This document shows positions 47,459 through 54,278 of a stretch of 63,725 nt of DNA, piece after piece. The notes under the pieces were generated by a model that saw only the letters and a list, made by a program, of their open reading frames with translations, was not told the DNA's origin and did no database searches. Numbering within the stretch: position 1 is the first letter of the stretch; each line of letters starts with the position of its first letter. The stretch comes from a virus. Where the stretch lies: UHGV virus genome UHGV-0036031. The stretch is one strand, 5' to 3'. A program made the position numbers and the translations under genes.

Positions 47459-47892
47459 TCCGTCTCTACTTCGCAGATCCATCCTTGAAGTTGTAGGTGC
47501 CTGCGTATGTAGTCGCAGAATGTAGGACATCCACCGGGCGATGCCTCATCAATAGTGACGCGGTAGGTTCCGTCCGCGAAAGCCTTCACCTCGCAGCACT
47601 TCAGGTCGCCCCAGTTGATAGCTTCTTCTTCCACTCCTAACTGCTCACATCGCACCGGGTCACGCTGGTAGAACATCTGGTCGCCTTCGACCACTGGCCT
47701 GTAAAGCGCCCCAATAAGCCGATCAACGGCCTTGTCGATCAACTCTTCAGCCGTTGTCTCAATGCCGCACAACTTCAAGTGTGCAAGTAGTTCTGGTCCG
47801 TTCATCTTGCTACCTATTGACCTCAAATCCGAAAAGCACTGCCACCAACATGCACCTATGCGGCATTCTCCCCACGCACGACCGATGCTCAC
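47452..47892 (-). CDS. Hypothetical early protein (true start likely ATG at 47805)
   Basis: The listed ORF starts with GTG inside the repeat. Its N-terminal 29 aa are a read-through translation of the repeat. An ATG at 47805 ('MNGPELLAHLKLC...') follows the conserved leader box, giving 117 aa. Confidence 0.45.
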   Translation of the reverse strand: MSIGRAWGECRIGACWWQCFSDLRSIGSKMNGPELLAHLKLCGIETTAEELIDKAVDRLIGALYRPVVEGDQMFYQRDPVRCEQLGVEEEAINWGDLKCCEVKAFADGTYRVTIDEASPGGCPTFCDYIRRHLQLQGWICEVETEW

Positions 47893-47934
47893 GCCGCAGA
47901 GCTGCTGAACCGTTCTGCGCCATGCAATTACAAC
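47831..47934 (-). repeat. Early-region composite-hairpin repeat, copy 2 (full)
   Basis: 'GAAAAGCAC...CACCTATGCGGC-ATTCTCCCCACGCACGACCGATGCTCAC-GCCGCAGAGCTG...GTTCTGCGCCATGCAATTACAAC'. The 3' end overlaps the stop of gene 47928..48143. Confidence 0.65.
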
Positions 47935-48143
47935 TGCGGACCAGCATCCAGAACCTTGTAATGGGTGACGTGCTCCTCAACGAATTGCATTCCGTGTGCG
48001 CCAAAGTGTACCCACTCAACACCTCCGCGCTCACTGTCCTGCCAAAAGGCCGTGTACTGACACTTGTTGCTTGGGCACCATACCAGCACAGCTCTGCGCT
48101 TTGGCGGCATCTTCGTGTAGTCGAGTTCAATCCAGTCGTTCAT
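47928..48143 (-). CDS. Hypothetical early protein
   Basis: 71 aa. ATG verified at 48143. Preceded by the conserved leader '...CATAGGTTGATCAAGTAACAACGAACGACG-ATG'. Confidence 0.45.
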   Translation of the reverse strand: MNDWIELDYTKMPPKRRAVLVWCPSNKCQYTAFWQDSERGGVEWVHFGAHGMQFVEEHVTHYKVLDAGPQL

Positions 48144-48193
48144 CGTCGTTCGTTGTTACTTGATCAACCTATGGCCTACTGGCCTTAACCCAT

Positions 48194-48229
48194 GAAAAGC
48201 ACGGCGCAGAACATGCAGCTATGCGGCAT
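48194..48229 (-). repeat. Half copy (left arm only) of the early-region repeat
   Basis: 'GAAAAGCACGGCGCAGAACATGCAGCTATGCGGCAT', with no matching right arm downstream. Confidence 0.5.
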
Positions 48230-48500
48230 GCCCTCAACACAGGTCCAACGCGCTCCCACCGAATGCGTCGTTTGCGAAAGCCCCCAACGCACTTGTGTGG
48301 CCCTTTCTGCGTAAATCTGTCGCGACCACACAACATACAACGCCACCGAAGCTCGGCACTTCCACCAACAGCAGTTTGCTGCAAGCGGCCCGTCTGCTCT
48401 TCGTTCGGAATGTTCGTCTGATCCTCCATGTCCGTGCTTCGTTTCAGTGTTTGTGTGTAGCCGCCTTCAGCAACCTGCGGAACGTCCGTTGGCAGCAAGT

Positions 48501-48764
48501 TTATTGAACCCACCACTCAACGACTTTACCTGTAACTCTATCAACAATACAAGCCTTTGCGACTGTATCATCAACAAGTGCTTTGTATTCCTGTGCTTCT
48601 TTAAGCGTTTTGACAGGCTCGGCAATGTTTTCAACTTTCTTAAATCCGACTTCTGTAAAGCCTTTAAAAGAAATGGTTACAACATAACGAAAACCTGCTG
48701 CCACCACCTGCTTTACAATAGCAGGGCTGACATCTATATTTTGAGCCTTTGCAATTCTATTCAT
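48501..48764 (-). CDS. Hypothetical early protein in an AT-rich (foreign-looking) cassette
   Basis: 87 aa. Local GC ~40% versus ~60% for the surrounding genome. Its leader is AT-rich and lacks the conserved box. Confidence 0.4.
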   Translation of the reverse strand: MNRIAKAQNIDVSPAIVKQVVAAGFRYVVTISFKGFTEVGFKKVENIAEPVKTLKEAQEYKALVDDTVAKACIVDRVTGKVVEWWVQ

Positions 48765-48823
48765 CTTTTGTAGGTATTTGAAAGTTAGTAATTCTAATTC
48801 ATGCCATCGTAAGCAGTCGGACG

Positions 48824-49132
48824 TTAGGCCACATTCTCAGGAACACGCTGGCCGTAGTAGTTGCTATGTCTCGCCACTTCCATCGCTGCCAAGGCATCAT
48901 CAGTTTTTCGGTGTTCTGGAAGTTTCCGCCACATCCTTTCGCACGATGCCATGTCTGACGCATCGCCCGGAAGTATCTGCTCAGAAAGCAAACTAAGGCC
49001 GTAAGCTATCGCCACAATGGAGTTGCTGCTCATGCCAGTGTCTCGGCCAATAGCACCAAACTCAACTCTACCAGTTCGCGTTGCACGGTCGGCCAAAAAC
49101 TCAACGTCTTTCAATAGCTGCTCTGTCGTCAT
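48824..49132 (-). CDS. Hypothetical early protein
   Basis: 102 aa. ATG verified at 49132. Leader '...CAGGCATTTAGGTAACAGGTAAAAAGCAAACAGC-ATG'. Confidence 0.45.
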   Translation of the reverse strand: MTTEQLLKDVEFLADRATRTGRVEFGAIGRDTGMSSNSIVAIAYGLSLLSEQILPGDASDMASCERMWRKLPEHRKTDDALAAMEVARHSNYYGQRVPENVA

Positions 49133-49256
49133 GCTGTTTGCTTTTTACCTGTTACCTAAATGCCTGAAGAGAAAAGAACGGGGCCTGACACTGCATTGCC
49201 AAAAGCCGTTGAGTTGTCGTTTGTTGGTGTTTACATGACGGAGTTGCGTATATTTC

Positions 49257-49282
49257 GTAGTTCTGCGCCATGCAATTACAAC
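49257..49282 (-). repeat. 3'-terminal fragment of the early-region repeat
   Basis: 'GTAGTTCTGCGCCATGCAATTACAAC', overlapping the stop (49276-49278) of gene 49276..49500. Confidence 0.5.
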
Positions 49283-49500
49283 CCTTCGGGAGGATCAGGC
49301 AGTCGCATCCAGTGAGTGACGTTCCCGCAACTATTGCCAAATAGGTCAGACCATACCATGACCAGTTCATCTTCGACCTTGCGGAGCACGTAGCTACCCA
49401 CTCGTACACCCCACTTCGAGTAGTCGTACATGATGACCTCCTCACCAGCCCGAGGCCGGGAGTGGTCGATCGGTATCCAGTTTTCCATCGTTGTTCGCAT
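49276..49500 (-). CDS. Hypothetical early protein
   Basis: 74 aa. The conserved box '...GCGAACAACG-ATG' suggests the second ATG (49488) may be the real start. Confidence 0.45.
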   Translation of the reverse strand: MRTTMENWIPIDHSRPRAGEEVIMYDYSKWGVRVGSYVLRKVEDELVMVWSDLFGNSCGNVTHWMRLPDPPEGL

Positions 49501-49540
49501 TTACCTGTTCAACCTACTGACCTAATGCCTGAATGCCATG

Positions 49541-49631
49541 AGAAAGCACGGCGCAGAACATGCAGCTATGCGGCATCCTCCCCGCGCACGACCGAAGCTC
49601 ACGCCGCATAGCTGCTGGACCGTTATGTGGC
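49541..49631 (-). repeat. Early-region composite-hairpin repeat, copy (full)
   Basis: 'AGAAAGCACGGCGCAGAACATG-CAGCTATGCGGC-ATCCTCCCCGCGCACGACCGAAGCTCAC-GCCGCATAGCTG-CTGGACCGTTATGTGGC'. A 12-bp perfect inner stem. Overlaps the HNH gene stop. Confidence 0.65.
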
Positions 49632-50021
49632 AGCGAAAAGACCACCGTCGCGGGTTCTAAGGCGGGCAGTACGGACATCCTCTCGCGTCTTCTTCCGGTG
49701 GCACGGCAGACAAAGGGTTTGATACCCCGACAAGTCGCAGCCTCCGCCACCGTTTACGACCGCCGTGATGTGATCGGCCTCCCACTCACGGTTCTCGGCA
49801 CCGCATCCGGCGCACACGCCATCATCGCGCTTGTAAAGCTCCTTGCGAATGGTGCCCACATCGCCCTTCACGATCAGGAACTCGGTCACGGCGGTTCTCT
49901 CGCACTCGTATCCGCACCATCGGCGCTGCCTGCCAGGAAGTACGCCTTGGCAGTAGGCGCAGCGGCCTTTCTCCCGCGTCGGGAACATGCTGTTGATGGT
50001 CATGCCTTTATTGTACCTCAT
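49623..50021 (-). CDS. HNH endonuclease
   Basis: 132 aa. 'CAYCQG...RWCGYEC' (Cys4 zinc ribbon) followed by 'GVCAGCG...EADHITAVVNGGGGCDLSGYQTLCLPCHRKKT' (HNH motif with the second Cys pair). Confidence 0.7.
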   Translation of the reverse strand: MRYNKGMTINSMFPTREKGRCAYCQGVLPGRQRRWCGYECERTAVTEFLIVKGDVGTIRKELYKRDDGVCAGCGAENREWEADHITAVVNGGGGCDLSGYQTLCLPCHRKKTREDVRTARLRTRDGGLFAAT

Positions 50022-50043
50022 GGCCTTAATGCCTTAGAACCCA

Positions 50044-50136
50044 GAAGCGCCGCCACAGAACATGCACCTATGCGGCATTCTACCCACGCACGACCGATGC
50101 TCACGCCGCATAGCTGCTGGACCGTTCTGCGCCATG
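50044..50136 (-). repeat. Early-region composite-hairpin repeat, copy (full, best-preserved)
   Basis: Outer stem GCGCCGCCACAGAAC/GTTCTGCGCC, internal loop ATG/CTGGACC, inner stem CACCTATGCGGC/GCCGCATAGCTG, apical loop ATTCTACCCACGCACGACCGATGCTCAC. Confidence 0.7.
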
Positions 50137-50145
50137 GAAATGCGA

Positions 50146-50376
50146 CTACTTGTTTCTGTCAGTCGCCACGAGCACTCCTCCATTCATCTTCCCGGCAGGT
50201 CTTATGCGTTCGACATAAGTACTATGCCGCCATCCAGTGGCGCTCGCCACAACGTCAATGTCTATCCAAACAGTTGTTGCTATTTCTCGACCGCACAATA
50301 CCCTGAGCCTGTCACGCCAGCCCAGCTTCGTGCGTGCCGTGTGCGCTACAGTGTCCCTTGTTTCTTTGTTCTTCAT
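50146..50376 (-). CDS. Hypothetical early protein
   Basis: 76 aa. ATG verified. Conserved leader '...GTAACTAAGCAACGAACAACG-ATG'. Confidence 0.4.
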   Translation of the reverse strand: MKNKETRDTVAHTARTKLGWRDRLRVLCGREIATTVWIDIDVVASATGWRHSTYVERIRPAGKMNGGVLVATDRNK

Positions 50377-50424
50377 CGTTGTTCGTTGCTTAGTTACGCC
50401 ACTGGCCTACTGGCCCAATACACT

Positions 50425-50516
50425 GAGAAAGCACGGCGCAGAACATGCACCTATGCGGCATTCTACCCACGCACGACCGATGCTCACGCCGCATAGCTGC
50501 TGTGACGTTGTACGCC
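50425..50516 (-). repeat. Early-region composite-hairpin repeat, copy (full)
   Basis: 'GAGAAAGCACGGCGCAGAACATGCACCTATGCGGCATTCTACCCACGCACGACCGATGCTCACGCCGCATAGCTGCTGTGACGTTGTACGCC'. Confidence 0.65.
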
Positions 50517-50628
50517 ACCAGAGAGAACGTCAGCCCTTCGGCCAACCGGCAGCGGCAATCCGGTACGCATTGCCAGCAACCGCCTCGGCTGACCATGAAC
50601 CTGAACCGCTGACCAATGAAATGCAAGC

Positions 50629-51984
50629 TCATGGCTTAATGGCTTTAATGCGCTCTCCGATCCACCTTGCACAGGGGACCGCCCAAGAATTACCAAGGGC
50701 CCTGTAGCGTGGCCCGTCCGGGCTTTCGGGCTTGCCACGCCACGGGATGTTCGTGTAGCCTCGCGGAAATCCCTGAAGAGCCTCGCACTCTTTTGGCGTA
50801 AGTCTGCGGACCTGCGTACCCGTTGCGGTCATAGGAAGGGCGCCATGCGAACCAGCGCGAAGCGTTTCGTGAACTTCTCCCTCGATGCCTCGGTTTGTGA
50901 ATGCCAACACTTGATCGTTCGCCGTTGCCAGTGTGAGGCTTTGATCCTCCGATACCAATGGGCCTTTGCCTCCGCCTTCCTTGCCTTCGCGCATACGCAC
51001 CAGCATCGGAGGCTCGGCACGGTGCAAGGTGTGGCACGGGTCGCCCGGTTGTGGGTTGCTGCGGTTGGTAACGCTGGTGACCTGTGCGGGGTCGAAAACG
51101 ATGGGCGCTTCGTGGTTACAGGTGAGCGACGGCGAGCCGTCGCTCACCATTTCGGCACCAGACTGACCATGTGCCATGACGACGGGAAGCGGCCTGCCTC
51201 CGCCCGTTGGCGACCCCTTCATCAGCGGACCCATAGGCTCTCCTGCCCAAACTGGGTTGTTCTCATAGTCTACTCCTTCGACACCAACTCCAGAGCTTCC
51301 CGCAGTCTTTCCGGTAGGTCCTTTCCCCGTGCCTCGGCTCGGCGCAGGATGCCAGCGGCTGCCTTCGATGATAGGAAGTAGCGCGTCGGCAACGGCCCAT
51401 CTTCCAGCACCGCCGCGAGCGAGCACGAAGACCCGCTTCCGTCGCTGGGCCAAGCCGAAGTGCTGGGCGTCCAAGATCCGCCAGGCCGCGCATCGGGTTG
51501 GCCCATCAACCACACCCGCGCCGGTCCATCCGTCCGCAGGTTCAGGGATGGGGGCTGTACGTCCGACCAAGCCTCCCAAGAAGGCGCCGAAGGCGTTGTC
51601 GTTGGTGCTGAGGACGCCGGGGACGTTTTCCCAGAGGACCCAAGCTGGCTCTCTTCCAGCAGTTGATCGAAGATGGTCGATTGCATCGGCGAGCAGTACG
51701 AATTGAAGAGTGAGGTTGCCCCTGTCATCGGCCAGGGATTGCCGGTTGCCCGCCACGCTGAAGGCTTGGCACGGTGTGCCACCGCACAGCAGGTCAGCGT
51801 CCACTATCCACGGCTCATCCTTCAGCGTAGTGAAATCGCCGTGGCAAGGCGTGTCAGGGTAGTGGTGCTTCAACACAGCGCGGGGGAACGCTTCGATCTC
51901 GCTGAAGGCCAATGGCCGCCAGCCAAGAGGCTCAAAAGCCACCGAAGCGGCCTCAATGCCGGAACAGATCGAGAGGTATTTCAT
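50629..51984 (-). CDS. DNA (cytosine-5)-methyltransferase
   Basis: 451 aa. 'LSICSGIEA' (motif I), 'GGTPCQAFSVAG' (motif IV PCQ), 'ENV' (motif VI), 'RRKRVFVLA' (motif VIII), a variable TRD region, then 'TPKECEALQGFP' and 'GNSWAVP' (motifs IX/X). Confidence 0.85.
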   Translation of the reverse strand: MKYLSICSGIEAASVAFEPLGWRPLAFSEIEAFPRAVLKHHYPDTPCHGDFTTLKDEPWIVDADLLCGGTPCQAFSVAGNRQSLADDRGNLTLQFVLLADAIDHLRSTAGREPAWVLWENVPGVLSTNDNAFGAFLGGLVGRTAPIPEPADGWTGAGVVDGPTRCAAWRILDAQHFGLAQRRKRVFVLARGGAGRWAVADALLPIIEGSRWHPAPSRGTGKGPTGKTAGSSGVGVEGVDYENNPVWAGEPMGPLMKGSPTGGGRPLPVVMAHGQSGAEMVSDGSPSLTCNHEAPIVFDPAQVTSVTNRSNPQPGDPCHTLHRAEPPMLVRMREGKEGGGKGPLVSEDQSLTLATANDQVLAFTNRGIEGEVHETLRAGSHGALPMTATGTQVRRLTPKECEALQGFPRGYTNIPWRGKPESPDGPRYRALGNSWAVPCARWIGERIKAIKP

Positions 51985-52141
51985 TGGTCAGCGGTTCAGA
52001 GAATGAAAAGGCGGCGTACAACTACAGCTTGCCGCAAGCCCGCCAAATGCGCGGGCCAGCGTCAAGCAATGCCCGTTATGGGCAAGCGAATACCCCAACG
52101 CGCAGGCCCACCCTACGCGCCGGGGGAAACGCCCATGGCCT

Positions 52142-52402
52142 TTAAGCCGTTGCGGCCTTGACCGCCCACATCGCAGCCTCTTCATACGCGGTCTGTGCGA
52201 GCGATGCCAACCGGCCATCCTTGGCCTTCAGCTCTTCGCACAGGTTGATGAGTTCGGCGCTCTTCGCCTTGATCTCCGCGATGACATCGCTGCCGGTCAC
52301 GTTGAAGTCGGTGCGTACGCGCAGTTCGCCTACCGACTTCTTTGCCTCTTGAACTTGTCCTTCCATCTTGATCGGGGTTTTACAAGGCCGCCCCAAGGCC
52401 AT
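52142..52402 (-). CDS. Hypothetical early protein
   Basis: 86 aa, coiled-coil-like. Confidence 0.35.
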   Translation of the reverse strand: MALGRPCKTPIKMEGQVQEAKKSVGELRVRTDFNVTGSDVIAEIKAKSAELINLCEELKAKDGRLASLAQTAYEEAAMWAVKAATA

Positions 52403-52492
52403 TTGCTTTGAAATTCAGAGAGCCGCCGCATAACAGCGTGGTTGTAGCCATGCAGAGCCACGGCTACAAACACGCGGCCAGTTAGTCCACAT

Positions 52493-52876
52493 TCAATACA
52501 ACGACCGAGCCTTTGCCCAAGCATTCCGGCGCTCATCTTCAAGCTCACGCACCCTTGCCTCTGATGCCTTCAGCGTCTTTTCAAGCGCCTCGATTTCAGC
52601 CTTAGCAACCTCTCCACTTCGCTTGGCGATTTCGCGGCGACCTGCATTGATGGCGGGAACAATGACGTTCACGGTATCTGCATGGGCTTCGTATGATTTC
52701 GCGCCGTGCCACCCGGCCTCGGTCCATCCATCCAATAGCTGCGCCGTCACATCGCGTATCACCTGATCGTCGCAGGCGATGTGCTGGAAAAGTTCGGTCT
52801 TGTCTTCGTCCGCAATGTTCCGGAGAAGGTCGTTGATGTCAATCACCAATGCGCCTTTTTGAATCGTCGTTTTCAT
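52493..52876 (-). CDS. Hypothetical early protein
   Basis: 127 aa. Leader '...TCTTCAGGTAACAGAAAAGTAAAC...'. Confidence 0.4.
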   Translation of the reverse strand: MKTTIQKGALVIDINDLLRNIADEDKTELFQHIACDDQVIRDVTAQLLDGWTEAGWHGAKSYEAHADTVNVIVPAINAGRREIAKRSGEVAKAEIEALEKTLKASEARVRELEDERRNAWAKARSLY

Positions 52877-53134
52877 GTTAGTGTGGTTTACTTTTCTGTT
52901 ACCTGAAGAGAGAAAGAACGTGGCCTAACAAGCCAGTATAGGCCACGAGGCGCGGCCCATACACTTGTCCGTTACCCGCCATCCGCCCCCTATGCTTCAT
53001 CATTCCGTACCCCCCGCCAGAGTGGCATCCAATCCAGAGCCAACACCCCTTGATTCTATCAATGGCGACAGAAGACTTGATCCGGGCCTTTTCTTGGTCG
53101 ATCGAGTAGTTCACTATTATAGGCTTTCGAGGCA

Positions 53135-53659
53135 TTATTTCAGGTAGTTTTTTGTGACGGTTTCTACGTCATTTATTCCATAACAAACTACGACTTTCCA
53201 TCCAGCATTCCTAAGCAATTCATGTATCCTCAACTGCGCATCACTCGGCTTGCGTGGGTAAATTTTCAGCTCGATCGCGAGGCCCACCTTGCGGTCGCCC
53301 CATCCTTCGCGGTCAGCCATGGTTCGGATGTTCTCCGGGTGGAACACCATGATGTCGGGGTATCCCGGCACCGTGCCCATGCCCTTCAGCTTCGCGCCCA
53401 CGATGGCGTTGCGCTGCCCTCCGTTGGGTATGTGCATCACGGCCTCCATCGGCACGTCCTGCGTTGCGGCGATGGTACGGACAAGGGCTATCGCGGTGCG
53501 CTGGAAGTCATCCTCCTTGCCGATGTAGGCTCCGAGCGGCTTGGTACGGCGGGTGGTCATTCGATGGACTTTTCGATTCGCCAAACAGCCTTCCAGACAA
53601 GGAAGATCCCTGACGCAATGGCGACTATGATGGGCATGGACAGACCGCCATACATCCAC
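53135..53659 (-). CDS. VRR-NUC domain nuclease (true start likely ATG 53560)
   Basis: 'GYPDIMVF...GLAIELKIYPRKPS...' is a PD-(D/E)xK core typical of VRR-NUC. The ATG at 53560 forms an ATGA overlap with the upstream gene stop, so the product is 141 aa. Confidence 0.65.
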   Translation of the reverse strand: MDVWRSVHAHHSRHCVRDLPCLEGCLANRKVHRMTTRRTKPLGAYIGKEDDFQRTAIALVRTIAATQDVPMEAVMHIPNGGQRNAIVGAKLKGMGTVPGYPDIMVFHPENIRTMADREGWGDRKVGLAIELKIYPRKPSDAQLRIHELLRNAGWKVVVCYGINDVETVTKNYLK

Positions 53660-53928
53660 ATAACGATTGCCATGCCAATCGGGAACATACCGATGACAAA
53701 CAGCATCAAGTTCCAGATGAAGGCGCGTGTTTCCTTGTTCATTGGTCGCGCTTTTCCCAAGCCTCCCGCTCCCAGCGGTCCAGCTTGTTGGGGTTGGTGA
53801 AGAACCAGCCGAAGCGGGCGTTGAACCACGCCTCGAAGCGGCGTAAATAGAGGAGGATGCGGGTCATGGGGGTGGTGGGTTTGTGTTTCGTCAATGCCTC
53901 CCTTGTGCTTGTTTGGCTTTTCTTCCAA
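53557..53928 (-). CDS. Small two-TM membrane protein (likely start 53742, 61 aa)
   Basis: The internal ATG at 53742 gives 'MNKETRAFIWNLMLFVIGMFPIGMAIVMWMYGGLSMPIIVAIASGIFLVWKAV...'. The upstream part of the listed ORF is Pro/His-rich and probably non-coding read-through. Confidence 0.35.
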   Translation of the reverse strand: MEEKPNKHKGGIDETQTHHPHDPHPPLFTPLRGVVQRPLRLVLHQPQQAGPLGAGGLGKARPMNKETRAFIWNLMLFVIGMFPIGMAIVMWMYGGLSMPIIVAIASGIFLVWKAVWRIEKSIE

Positions 53929-53990
53929 ACGGGTTTGGTTGTAAGTATAGCCAGTTGCCCGTTGAGTGAGACCAGCTTCTTCTTAGTCAT
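53739..53990 (-). CDS. Hypothetical basic protein
   Basis: 83 aa. Its stop overlaps the 53742 start. Confidence 0.3.
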   Translation of the reverse strand: MTKKKLVSLNGQLAILTTKPVWKKSQTSTREALTKHKPTTPMTRILLYLRRFEAWFNARFGWFFTNPNKLDRWEREAWEKRDQ

Positions 53991-54011
53991 CGTTTCTTGT
54001 GTTTTGAGGTT

Positions 54012-54278
54012 TCAGTTCCCGATCAGCTTTTGCACCACCCCCGGTTGGTTGCCAGGCACGATGCGGTGGATGTCCGTGAGGTGGTCAGCCACGTAGGCGC
54101 GGACCCTTGCATCATCGGCCATGGGGTACGAGGCCAGGAAAGCCTCCGCCCGCATTACGGCGGCGCGGATGTGGTCCTCGCCGGGGCGGCGGCTGCGCCC
54201 GTTGCGCAGGGCCGCAAGGCGGGAGTTGACCGCACCCTGGAGGATGGTGCGCAGTGGTTTAGAAGGGGTTGTCCTCAT
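54012..54278 (-). CDS. Hypothetical protein
   Basis: 88 aa, overlaps the DnaB stop by 20 nt. Confidence 0.3.
   Translation of the reverse strand: MRTTPSKPLRTILQGAVNSRLAALRNGRSRRPGEDHIRAAVMRAEAFLASYPMADDARVRAYVADHLTDIHRIVPGNQPGVVQKLIGN

Noticed and set aside
48169-48516. 115-aa minus-strand ORF (CxxC...HKC) spanning the half repeat and a leader box
   Set aside because: It reads straight through a repeat copy and the conserved leader of the downstream gene. It is probably spurious, or at most a shorter gene confined to 48230-48430, which I could not support.
47360-50516. CRISPR array interpretation of the early-region repeats
   Set aside because: The repeats are ~90 nt, imperfect and internally palindromic. 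They are separated by 300-450-nt protein-coding cassettes, not by 30-40-nt spacers. No cas genes are present.
47360-50516. Integron attC array interpretation
   Set aside because: No IntI tyrosine recombinase is in the window. The ends of the elements do not match R''(RYYYAAC)/R'(GTTRRRY) core sites. I keep it only as an analogy (CALIN-like).
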